Source: an uncultured Alphaproteobacteria bacterium (GTDB taxonomy: Bacteria; Pseudomonadota; Alphaproteobacteria; RF32; CAG-239). Taken from it: a DNA stretch of 64,000 nt. Below the pieces are notes generated by a model. That model searched no databases. It was not told where the DNA came from and worked only from the letters and a program-made list of their open reading frames with translations. Of this stretch, positions 8,955-17,303 are shown in pieces (position 1 is the first letter of the stretch; each line of letters begins with the position of its first letter). The stretch covers positions 17,563 to 81,562 of the forward strand of contig CALXRQ010000001.1 in NCBI GenBank assembly GCA_944390895.1, read 5' to 3'. Made by a program: the position numbers and the translations under genes.

Positions 8955-8980
8955 TAAAATTAATTGATCTAATCTGGAAA

Positions 8981-9016
8981 CACTGTCAAATTGTCTGATT
9001 TGGCAGTGTTTTTTAT
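8981..9016 (+). terminator. Intrinsic terminator after orphan gene
   Basis: cactgtcaaa / tttggcagtg stem (one G-U pair) followed by TTTTTT. Confidence 0.7.
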
Positions 9017-9252
9017 TGAAAGTCATGTTCGGCTTAAGTGGCTCCGAGTCCTTTTGCCCCGGTTCAAAATCATATCCATACCTGACATTGTCGTGGTTTT
9101 ATAGTCTTCTTTTTGCGTCGATACCTGACAAAACGCCGTTGAATCTCCTGTTTTTACGGCGTTTTATTTATCTTCCGCCATTAAATCCTTGCTAACTTTT
9201 ATTTGTTAAGTTATACCAGAGAAAAATTTGCACAATTTAAGGCTCTGATATA

Positions 9253-11100
9253 ATGAATACAAACTATGACGTAATTGTCGTCGGCGGCGGTCACGCCGGA
9301 TGCGAAGCCTGTGCGGCAGCGGCCCGTATGGGCGCCAAAACGGCACTGGTCACACATCATATTGATACCATCGGCGCAATGTCCTGCAATCCGGCCGTCG
9401 GCGGCTTGGGCAAAGGTCATCTTGTCCGTGAAATAGACGCTTTGGACGGCCTGATGGGACGGGTAATCGACAAGGCCGGCATACAGTTTCGTATGCTTAA
9501 CGCATCGAAAGGTCCGGCTGTGCGCGGTCCGAGAGCTCAGGCTGATCGAAAGCTTTATAAACGTTATATGCTTGAGGCTTTGCGCGCTCAAAAAAATCTT
9601 GATATTATTGAAGCGGCCGTTGAAGGATTGATGGTCAAGGGCGGAAAAGTTGAAGGCGTTATCTTGGCAGACGGTGTTCAACTGCTTGCAAAATCTGTAA
9701 TATTAACGTCGGGAACCTTTCTGAACGGCATAATGTTTGTCGGTCACCAAACCTCGGTCGGCGGTCGTATCGATGATGTCAGTTGTACCGGAATAACACC
9801 GTATTTAAAGTCTTTGGGCTTGAAAGTAGGCCGTCTGAAGACCGGAACCCCTGCCCGTTTGAACGGCAAAACCATTCATTGGGAAAAGTTGGCCGTCCAA
9901 GACGGAGACAATCCGCCCCAGCCGTTTTCTTATCTTACTGAAAAAATCAGCAATCCGCAGATTAAATGTTTTATTACTCATACCAATGAACATACCCACA
10001 AGATTATTCGTGACAATTTTGATAAGTGCGCTCTGTTTTCCGGGTTGATTACCGGTATCGGTCCGCGCTATTGTCCGAGTATTGAAGATAAACTGGTTAA
10101 ATTTGCCGATCGTACCAGTCATCAGATTTTTTTGGAGCCTGAAGGATTGGATACCGATGTCGTCTATCCGAACGGAATTTCAACTTCGCTGCCGGCAGAC
10201 GTTCAGGAAGCTTTTATCCATACCATGGAGGGTTTGGAAGACGTTGAGATCCTTAAATATGCTTATGCCATTGAATATGATTATGTTGATCCGCAGGAAC
10301 TGGACAGTCGACTTGCCGTCAAAAAAGTTCCGGGGTTGTTTCTGGCCGGACAGATTAACGGAACTACGGGCTATGAAGAAGCGGCGGCCCAGGGTTTGAT
10401 TGCCGGTATTAACGCAGCTTTGGCGGCAAACGGTCAAAAACGTTGTTTTACGGTTGACCGCAGTGAAGCATATATCGGCGTTATGATTGATGACCTGATA
10501 ACCAAAGGCGTTGACGAACCATATCGTATGTTTACCTCTCGTTCCGAATATCGTCTGTTTTTACGGGCGGACAATGCCGATTGGCGCCTGACCGAAAAAG
10601 GATATGAAATCGGCTGCGTCGGCGAATACAGATACAGTGTATTTAAAGCTAAAAAAGCCCAAATAGAATATTATCGCCGCCTTTGTGAGGAACTTTTGAC
10701 CTCCCCGAAAAATCTTGAAACTTACGGCATAAAGGTAAAAAGCGACGGTACCAAACGTACGGTTTTTAATCTGATGTCTTATGACGACGTTTCACGTGAA
10801 ACAATTGTCCGTATCTGGCCGGAACTGAAAGATATGCCCGAGGTTGTCTACGAAGCGATTGAAATAGAGGCGCGCTATGCCGGCTATATCAAACGACAGT
10901 TGGCTGATATAGAAATTTTTAAAAAAGACGAAAACCTTAAAATTAAAGAAGATATAGATTATTCAAAGATCGGCGGACTTTCTCGCGAAATGGTCGCCAA
11001 GCTGTCCAAGGTTCGTCCGTCCACCATCGGCGAAGCCTCCCGCATTCCGGGCGTTACGCCGGCGGCAATTACTGCCGTTCTGGGATATGTCAAAAGGTAG
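9253..11100 (+). CDS. mnmG: tRNA uridine 5-carboxymethylaminomethyl modification enzyme MnmG (GidA)
   Basis: N-terminal FAD fold ([14 protein letters not shown]) and a conserved GidA core and C-terminal domain. Confidence 0.97.
   Translation: MNTNYDVIVVGGGHAGCEACAAAARMGAKTALVTHHIDTIGAMSCNPAVGGLGKGHLVREIDALDGLMGRVIDKAGIQFRMLNASKGPAVRGPRAQADRKLYKRYMLEALRAQKNLDIIEAAVEGLMVKGGKVEGVILADGVQLLAKSVILTSGTFLNGIMFVGHQTSVGGRIDDVSCTGITPYLKSLGLKVGRLKTGTPARLNGKTIHWEKLAVQDGDNPPQPFSYLTEKISNPQIKCFITHTNEHTHKIIRDNFDKCALFSGLITGIGPRYCPSIEDKLVKFADRTSHQIFLEPEGLDTDVVYPNGISTSLPADVQEAFIHTMEGLEDVEILKYAYAIEYDYVDPQELDSRLAVKKVPGLFLAGQINGTTGYEEAAAQGLIAGINAALAANGQKRCFTVDRSEAYIGVMIDDLITKGVDEPYRMFTSRSEYRLFLRADNADWRLTEKGYEIGCVGEYRYSVFKAKKAQIEYYRRLCEELLTSPKNLETYGIKVKSDGTKRTVFNLMSYDDVSRETIVRIWPELKDMPEVVYEAIEIEARYAGYIKRQLADIEIFKKDENLKIKEDIDYSKIGGLSREMVAKLSKVRPSTIGEASRIPGVTPAAITAVLGYVKR
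10788..10803. promoter_or_regulatory. parS-like site (15/16 match)
   Basis: CGTTTCACGTGAAACA inside mnmG (encodes DVSRET). Confidence 0.7.
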
Positions 11101-11752
11101 TCCGATGAATATGCCGTTTCCGAGCCGTTCCGAAGCCGTTGATTTTTTTGAATGGGTTATTGCCGAGCGCAATAAAACGCCGTATCCTTTCAGAGACGAC
11201 ATGGAAGACACTTTTCGCCGTCATTGCCACGGTGTCGCAATCATAGCGGAAACAATTGCTTCCAAAACACCGTATTTAAACGCTGATCTGGCCTATGTTA
11301 TGGGGTTGCTGCACGATTGCGGGCGCATTGTCGACGAATATGCTACCGGCGATTATCATGGCGTTGTCGGATATCATCTTTTATGTCAAAAAGGATGGCC
11401 GCAGCTGGCAAAAATTTCCGTCACGCATAACTTTGTCGATAAAGATTTTGATATTGAACTTATGCCGCATCCGCGCAAAGATATGATATTTTGCAAAAAC
11501 TACCTGACGACAGTTGAATATGACGACTATGATCGCTTGCTGCAGTTGGCGGACGCGGTGAACAATCTGGGAAACAACTGCACGGTCGAGCAGCGTTATC
11601 GGAGCATTGCCGTGCGTTATAATGTCGCATATGATGAGCTGCTTTCCGTGATTGCCTCATACAATAAAATTAAACGTCATTTTGACGAGCTGTGCCGCAA
11701 AGACGTATATGATCTGATCGGCGTGAAAACGGAACGATTTACTAAAATTTAA
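11087..11752 (+). CDS. HD/HDIG-domain metal-dependent phosphohydrolase
   Basis: H...HD signature (RRHCHGVA ... GLLHDCGR) with later His/Asp residues. Start 11087 overlaps the mnmG stop; the alternative ATG at 11105 follows AAGG. Confidence 0.7.
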   Translation: MSKGSPMNMPFPSRSEAVDFFEWVIAERNKTPYPFRDDMEDTFRRHCHGVAIIAETIASKTPYLNADLAYVMGLLHDCGRIVDEYATGDYHGVVGYHLLCQKGWPQLAKISVTHNFVDKDFDIELMPHPRKDMIFCKNYLTTVEYDDYDRLLQLADAVNNLGNNCTVEQRYRSIAVRYNVAYDELLSVIASYNKIKRHFDELCRKDVYDLIGVKTERFTKI

Positions 11753-11795
11753 TCTCGTCTGTTATATTTTACATTTGAAATAATGGAGATATTGA

Positions 11796-13217
11796 TTGAC
11801 TGAAAACTTTTTTATTCCCGAAAAATTAACCGTAAACGGCGGTCGTCCCGCTCAGGGACATATAAAAATCAGCGGCGCCAAAAATTCGATTCTGGGTTTA
11901 ATGGCAGCATCGCTGTTGACAGATGAACCTGTTATCTTAAACAATGTTCCTTATATTACCGATGTTTTGGAAATGGGACAGATTATGCAGGACATCGGTG
12001 TCGACGTGAGTTTTAATCCGCGGGAGCGTCGGCTCCGTCTTCACGCCGCAAAAATCGGCAAAAACGTCATTTCGCATCAGGCGGCCAATTTCAGAGCAAG
12101 TTACTATCTTTGGGGTTCGCTGCTGGCGCGTTTCAAACGCACCGGCGAATATAACAATCTGCAGGTCTGCCTGCCCGGCGGCTGTTCCTTTGGCGGCAAG
12201 CGACCGACTGATTTTCATGAAGAACTGATAAAAAACGTTTTTGGTGCTCATGTTGCGGTCGAAAGCAAAGACAATGACAAATATTCTTATTTGTCATTTA
12301 CGCTGCCGTCTGCCGAACCTGACGATTTGTGTCCGGTTTATACCACGGCCAAACCGTCCCATGGCGCCACGTTTCACTGGCTTTTGTCCGTTGCCGGATC
12401 CAATCAGCTGAAGATGATGTATAATGCCTCTTTGGAACCTGAAGTTTCAAACTTGATTAATATGCTGCAAAACATGGGATTGGGGCTGATGGGTAATGAA
12501 CGTACCGGCCTGATTTATGACGGCAAAAATACCGGTCTTTTGCACGGAATAGAATTTTCGGTTATTCCCGACCGTCTGGAAGCGGCAACCTATGCTTTGT
12601 TGACCTTGTCAACGCGGGGTGAAGTTCAATTGGAGGGAATCAATTTTGAGCATTGCAGTCCCTGGATCGGCCAGCTGACCAGAATGTTTGATAAGGGTAT
12701 ATATTTTTCTCCTGATTTGACTAAATTGAATCTGGATTTTAGGAACAGAAAAAAATTTGATGGTTTTATCATGCAGATGTCTCCTTTTCCGGGCTTTGAA
12801 ACCGACTTGCAGCAGATTTGGACGCCGGTTTTGGCTCAGGCTCAAACCTCTTCCGTGATTTCAGATATGATTTGGCCCGGCCGGTATGCGCATTTGGCCG
12901 AGCTGGCAAAATTCGGTCTGGAGTTTGATTATCATCAGTTTGACGTTGTCTGCGGACAACAGGCCAGTGCCAAAAACCTCTACGTCAATATTCATCCTTC
13001 GTCCCTGCACAGCGGAGAAGCCAAAGGAACCGATTTGCGCGGTACCATGTCGGTAATTTTGGCCGCGGCAACGGCCGAAGGCAAAAGCGTTGTCAATGAA
13101 CCAAGTTTTGCCCTCCGCGGTTATCCTGACCTGCTGGAAAATATGCAAAAACTGGGAATAAATATTACAGCTTCGGCAAATGGCAGAGAAATCCCTGCCC
13201 TGCCAGGAATAAAATAA
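11796..13217 (+). CDS. MurA-family enolpyruvyl transferase, divergent (473 aa)
   Basis: Conserved MurA motifs: ISGAKNS, FRAS, the LPGGCSFGGKRPTDFH catalytic Cys loop, IPDRLEAAT, FETDLQ, DLRG. TTG start 7 nt after GGAG. Longer and clearly more diverged than typical MurA. Confidence 0.75.
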   Translation: MTENFFIPEKLTVNGGRPAQGHIKISGAKNSILGLMAASLLTDEPVILNNVPYITDVLEMGQIMQDIGVDVSFNPRERRLRLHAAKIGKNVISHQAANFRASYYLWGSLLARFKRTGEYNNLQVCLPGGCSFGGKRPTDFHEELIKNVFGAHVAVESKDNDKYSYLSFTLPSAEPDDLCPVYTTAKPSHGATFHWLLSVAGSNQLKMMYNASLEPEVSNLINMLQNMGLGLMGNERTGLIYDGKNTGLLHGIEFSVIPDRLEAATYALLTLSTRGEVQLEGINFEHCSPWIGQLTRMFDKGIYFSPDLTKLNLDFRNRKKFDGFIMQMSPFPGFETDLQQIWTPVLAQAQTSSVISDMIWPGRYAHLAELAKFGLEFDYHQFDVVCGQQASAKNLYVNIHPSSLHSGEAKGTDLRGTMSVILAAATAEGKSVVNEPSFALRGYPDLLENMQKLGINITASANGREIPALPGIK

Positions 13218-13218
13218 T

Positions 13219-14034
13219 ATGCAGGATTTTACTTATCATACCCATAATAACAATTTTAACTTTTTTGACGGTCATAACAGTGCCGAGGAAATGATTTCCC
13301 GTGCCGAAGAAATGGGGTTCAAAACCATTGGCGTTTCCAATCACCTCATTTGGCACCCTAATGTCGATACTTCGCACGAACCTATGTTTTTGGCTGATAT
13401 TGACAAGGCAATTGACATTCATAAGCGCAGTATTGATTTAATCCGTGAAGTAGGCAGCCGCCACAAAATTAATGTTCTGGTTGGCGCAGAAGCCGATTTC
13501 TTTCAGTCGGCAGAGTGGCGCCGTGGCTTTGAACGGCTTCAAAAAGCGCTGGATTTTGATTATCTTATCGGTACCAATCATTTTGTTATGAATAAGGATG
13601 AAAGTTTTATCTGTAACCTTTATCATCTCAAATATCTTCCCGCCGATTTTGATCGGGACTTTTTGGCCGAATGTATTCGCGGCCATTGGCGCAATGTCGT
13701 CGAATCCATCAACAGCGGTTATTACGATTTTATGGCGCACCTTGATTATTGCGTCATCAAAATTCCCGACAAGCCGGAATATGACGAGTACCGCTGGCAG
13801 ATTATCGAGGCGCTGGATAAACGCAAACAACCCTTTGAGGTCAACACCAGCGGCTATAACCGTATCAACGAGCAGCACCCCAATACCTGGATGTTGAAAG
13901 AACTGTGCAAACGTCGGGTCCCGACCTTAATCAGCGACGACGCGCATCACGTCGAGCAAATCGGCCAACATTTTGAGCGGGCCGAAAATCTGTTAAAAGA
14001 GCTCGATTGTCAGGTTCGTTTTTCTCTCGAATAG
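13219..14034 (+). CDS. PHP-domain phosphoesterase (histidinol-phosphatase-like)
   Basis: N-terminal YHTHxxxxxxxDG motif and later His/Asp ligands (SNH, AHLDY, SDDAHH). Start lies 1 nt after the MurA-like stop. Confidence 0.75.
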   Translation: MQDFTYHTHNNNFNFFDGHNSAEEMISRAEEMGFKTIGVSNHLIWHPNVDTSHEPMFLADIDKAIDIHKRSIDLIREVGSRHKINVLVGAEADFFQSAEWRRGFERLQKALDFDYLIGTNHFVMNKDESFICNLYHLKYLPADFDRDFLAECIRGHWRNVVESINSGYYDFMAHLDYCVIKIPDKPEYDEYRWQIIEALDKRKQPFEVNTSGYNRINEQHPNTWMLKELCKRRVPTLISDDAHHVEQIGQHFERAENLLKELDCQVRFSLE

Positions 14035-14164
14035 TTCAAAAACAGATTCAAAAAACGTTGTCTAACCTATTGTAAAAAGATTCTTTTCTATTTGTTGTAA
14101 AATATGTGTTTATAACTCGGGTTTTTGTGTTTTAAATAATTTTCAAAAATTATATAAATATTTT

Positions 14165-14779
14165 ATGAAAAATTTTATGGACACATATAATGTTTCACGT
14201 GAAACATTTGACCGTTTGAAAACCTACGAAGCCTCTCTTTTTGAATGGCAGAAAAAATTCAATCTGGTCAGCAATGCATCGTTGAGCGACTGCTGGAATC
14301 GCCATTTTCTTGATTCTGCCCAGCTGATAAAATATATTCCGCAAACGGCGCGTATAATGTATGATTTCGGCTCTGGCGCTGGTTTCCCGGGTATGGTGCT
14401 GGCAATTATGCTCAAAGAAAAAACACCGTATTTAAAAGTGCGGCTGATTGAAAGCATTAGAAAAAAGACACTGTATTTAAAAACTGTTGCCGAACTGACG
14501 CATACGGATGTTGAAATTGTTAACGACCGCATTGAAAACATAAAAGTCGAAAAGGCCGACGTTATCACCTCGCGTGCTATGGCGTCCTTAAAAGAACTTT
14601 TGGCCTATACCTATAAATTTTGCAAAAAAGAAACCGTCTGCATTTTTCCGAAAGGTAAAAAATATGCCGAAGAAATTTCGGAAGCCCGCAGGCAGTGGAA
14701 TTTTAATGTGGAAATTTTTGCCAGCGAACAAAGCGACGAGGGTAAAATTTTAATTATAACCGATCTGAATAAGAAATAA
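14165..14779 (+). CDS. rsmG: 16S rRNA m7G527 methyltransferase RsmG (GidB)
   Basis: SAM motif DFGSGAGFPG; conserved position before parAB. Confidence 0.93.
   Translation: MKNFMDTYNVSRETFDRLKTYEASLFEWQKKFNLVSNASLSDCWNRHFLDSAQLIKYIPQTARIMYDFGSGAGFPGMVLAIMLKEKTPYLKVRLIESIRKKTLYLKTVAELTHTDVEIVNDRIENIKVEKADVITSRAMASLKELLAYTYKFCKKETVCIFPKGKKYAEEISEARRQWNFNVEIFASEQSDEGKILIITDLNKK
14191..14206. promoter_or_regulatory. parS site (perfect 16-bp palindrome TGTTTCACGTGAAACA)
   Basis: Exact match inside the 5' end of rsmG (encodes NVSRET). Confidence 0.85.
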
Positions 14780-14790
14780 GGAGATAATAA

Positions 14791-15570
14791 ATGCCAAGAA
14801 TTATTGCCATCGCAAACCGCAAAGGCGGCGTCGGAAAAACCACCACGACGGTCAACGTTGCCACCGCCATGGCCGCCGCCGGAAAAAAGGTTTTGGTAAT
14901 TGATTTGGATCCGCAGGGCAATGCCTCAACCTCAATGGGCGTAAACAAGCGCGGCCGTATGAACTCCTCTTATGAAGTTTTGATTGGCGAGGCCAAATTA
15001 TGTGAATCGATCGTCTGGACCGAAATTCCGAATTTTTCGATTGTTCCGTCGTCGCCGGACCTGGCCGGTGCCGAAATTGAACTGGTCGACGTTGAACACC
15101 GGGAGTTTGCTTTAAAAAATGCTCTCGCCTCAGATGCCGTCAATTATGACTATGTGCTGATAGACTGTCCGCCATCTCTTAACCTGATAACGATTAACGC
15201 TCTTGTTGCGGCCAATGCCGTCATCGTTCCTCTGCAATGCGAATTTTTGGCTTTGGAGGGTATAACGGATCTGATTCGCAATATTAACCAGATTAAACGC
15301 AAATTCAATCCCGAGCTTGAATTGCAGGGTGTTGTTCTGACCATGTATGATAAAAGAAACAATCTCAGCCAGATGGTTGAAGACGATGTCAGAAACTTTT
15401 TCGGTAAAAAGGTTTATCAGACGGTTATTCCGAGAAACGTCAGAATCTCCGAAGCGCCGTCGCACGGCAAGCCGGTGCTGATTTATGATTTTAAATGTCC
15501 GGGTTCTCAGGCATATATCAGCCTTACCGGAGAAGTTTTGAAAAGAGAAAAGGAATTGATGGCATGCTAG
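14791..15570 (+). CDS. parA: Chromosome partitioning ATPase ParA
   Basis: Deviant Walker A (NRKGGVGKTT); strong SD. Confidence 0.96.
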   Translation: MPRIIAIANRKGGVGKTTTTVNVATAMAAAGKKVLVIDLDPQGNASTSMGVNKRGRMNSSYEVLIGEAKLCESIVWTEIPNFSIVPSSPDLAGAEIELVDVEHREFALKNALASDAVNYDYVLIDCPPSLNLITINALVAANAVIVPLQCEFLALEGITDLIRNINQIKRKFNPELELQGVVLTMYDKRNNLSQMVEDDVRNFFGKKVYQTVIPRNVRISEAPSHGKPVLIYDFKCPGSQAYISLTGEVLKREKELMAC

Positions 15571-16538
15571 AAGAAAACAAAAGAAAAAGCCTCGGCCGCG
15601 GTTTGGGCGCTCTGCTCGGCGATGAAGATTTGGATTTGGCCGATTTAAATGAACCGGCTCGTTCGCATGCTTCGCCAAAAAATGCTGATTTTATCCCCAT
15701 CTCCGACATTGTTCCGGGCAAATACCAGCCCCGCACCGAATTTGATGCCGAAGCACTGGATTCGCTGGCTGAATCCATCAGGGAAAAAGGGGTTTTGCAG
15801 CCCCTGCTCGTTCGGCGTCAGGGCGGAAAATATGAGTTAATTGCCGGCGAAAGAAGATGGCGGGCGTCAAAAATTGCTGGACTTGATAAAGTTCCTGTTA
15901 TAATAAAGGAACTGAACGACAAAGAAGTTCTTGAAGTCGCGTTGGTTGAAAACCTGTTGCGCGAAAACCTGTCCGCCATTGAAGAGGCCGAAGGCTTTCA
16001 GCGTCTGATTAACGAGTTTTCCCACACGCAGGAAGCTTTGTCGCAGATCGTCGGCAAATCGCGCAGTCATATCGCGAATATGCTGAGATTGTTAAATCTG
16101 CCTGAAGAAGTTCAGGCTTTGGTAAAGGAAGGCAAACTTTCCGCCGGTCATGCCCGCGCTCTGGTCGGTTTGGACAATGCCATGAGCCTTGCCAAAACTA
16201 TTATTGAAAAAGACTTGAACGTCCGCCAGGTAGAAGAGCTGGTAGCCAAACAGAAAGAACCGAAAAAAGAAAAAGCGCCCAAGGCAAAGGACGAAGACCT
16301 TGAGAGCATAGAAAAAGATTTGAACCGGGAGTTGGGACTCCGTATCAAAATCACGCCGAGCAAGCAGGGCGGCGGCAAAGTCGTATTGCAGTATGCTTCC
16401 GTTGCCGAGCTTGATATGATTATTGAGATTTTGGAACAAAAACGGAAAAATGAATCCCAGCCTGCGGTTAACGCTGTATTTAAAACTGATTCTCCGGTCG
16501 CGGGCTCGGAAAAGTTTTCAATAAAAGTCGTAGATTAA
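15564..16538 (+). CDS. parB: Chromosome partitioning protein ParB
   Basis: SLGRGLGALL box, ParB box (LIAGERRWRAS), HTH. Start set to ATG 15564, overlapping the parA stop. Confidence 0.95.
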   Translation: MLEENKRKSLGRGLGALLGDEDLDLADLNEPARSHASPKNADFIPISDIVPGKYQPRTEFDAEALDSLAESIREKGVLQPLLVRRQGGKYELIAGERRWRASKIAGLDKVPVIIKELNDKEVLEVALVENLLRENLSAIEEAEGFQRLINEFSHTQEALSQIVGKSRSHIANMLRLLNLPEEVQALVKEGKLSAGHARALVGLDNAMSLAKTIIEKDLNVRQVEELVAKQKEPKKEKAPKAKDEDLESIEKDLNRELGLRIKITPSKQGGGKVVLQYASVAELDMIIEILEQKRKNESQPAVNAVFKTDSPVAGSEKFSIKVVD

Positions 16539-16555
16539 TTTAAGAGAGATATAAA

Positions 16556-16804
16556 ATGACCATTTTGGAAAATATGTTAAAAAGATGTTCTGAAGCAGGT
16601 TATGCCACAACACCGAACGTAGAAAAAATTGCCAAAGCCAAAACCATGATGTTTGGCGAAAAAGAATGGCAGCGCTGCCCCTGTGATGGCAACAACGAAA
16701 AGCGCTATTGCATTTCGGAAACCTGCCGTCAGGATATTGAGCGCGATGGCATTTGTCATTGCCATTGCTACTGCAAAGCTGCTGATACGCAAGCGGCAGA
16801 ATAG
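16556..16804 (+). CDS. Ferredoxin-thioredoxin reductase catalytic-subunit-like small Cys-rich protein
   Basis: CPC ... C..C ... CHC Cys pattern (QRCPCDGNNEKRYCISETCRQDIERDGICHCHCY), recalled from the FTR beta family. Confidence 0.55.
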   Translation: MTILENMLKRCSEAGYATTPNVEKIAKAKTMMFGEKEWQRCPCDGNNEKRYCISETCRQDIERDGICHCHCYCKAADTQAAE

Positions 16805-16822
16805 CAGGTTTTTTGTTTGAAA

Positions 16823-16851
16823 GGGCAGGGGATAAACCTCTGCTCTTTTTT
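16823..16851 (+). terminator. Intrinsic terminator
   Basis: 9-bp stem gggcagggg / cctctgctc (two G-U pairs), then TTTTTT. Confidence 0.6.
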
Positions 16852-16868
16852 GGTTTTTAAGGAAAAGA

Positions 16869-17171
16869 ATGCTGATTTTTGTAAAATATCTGTTTTTGGC
16901 TCTGGTCAGTCTCGGCATATTCGTTTTAGCCGTGTTTGATGTCGATGCCAAAGAGCTGTTTTGCAAAGGCGGAATAATATTGGCATTTATCGTTGGCCTG
17001 CTGCTTTTGAATTTCTTTGCCAAAATAGCCTGGAAAATACTTGTTTTCATCATTATCACGGCCTTGCTGCTGTTTTGTCTTAATTATTTCGGTCTGCTGG
17101 AAGTCAGCGCGTCTGGCCTTAGCCGCTTTTTTAACGACATTTCACCGATAAAGGAAAACGTCGCAAAATAG
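16869..17171 (+). CDS. Hypothetical small membrane protein (100 aa)
   Basis: Three hydrophobic helices. Resembles the N-terminal membrane region of the next gene. Confidence 0.55.
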   Translation: MLIFVKYLFLALVSLGIFVLAVFDVDAKELFCKGGIILAFIVGLLLLNFFAKIAWKILVFIIITALLLFCLNYFGLLEVSASGLSRFFNDISPIKENVAK

Positions 17172-17303
17172 TCTTTCGTCTGCGCAATTATATTCTTCGG
17201 CTGTTTTTGCGGCGGTAACCATATATTTACCAAAAAATAATATTGTCAGAAATATATTATAGGCTAATATAAAAATATCAGATAAAATAGTGGGAAGATA
17301 AGG

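Noticed and set aside
8499-9026. 175-aa minus-strand ORF competing with the orphan gene 8505..8954
   Set aside because: The promoter-like element and the intrinsic terminator are oriented for the + strand. The minus-strand product is F/Q/K-rich and shadow-like. This rejection is not certain.
11796-13217. Calling this gene simply murA
   Set aside because: The catalytic motifs fit MurA, but the divergence, extra length and HD/PHP context make orthology uncertain without the rest of the genome. The gene symbol is therefore left empty.
15130-15678. 182-aa ORF on the minus strand
   Set aside because: It is antisense to parA and parB.
16577-17059. 160-aa minus-strand ORF
   Set aside because: It overlaps the FTR-like gene, its terminator and the small membrane-protein gene in antisense.
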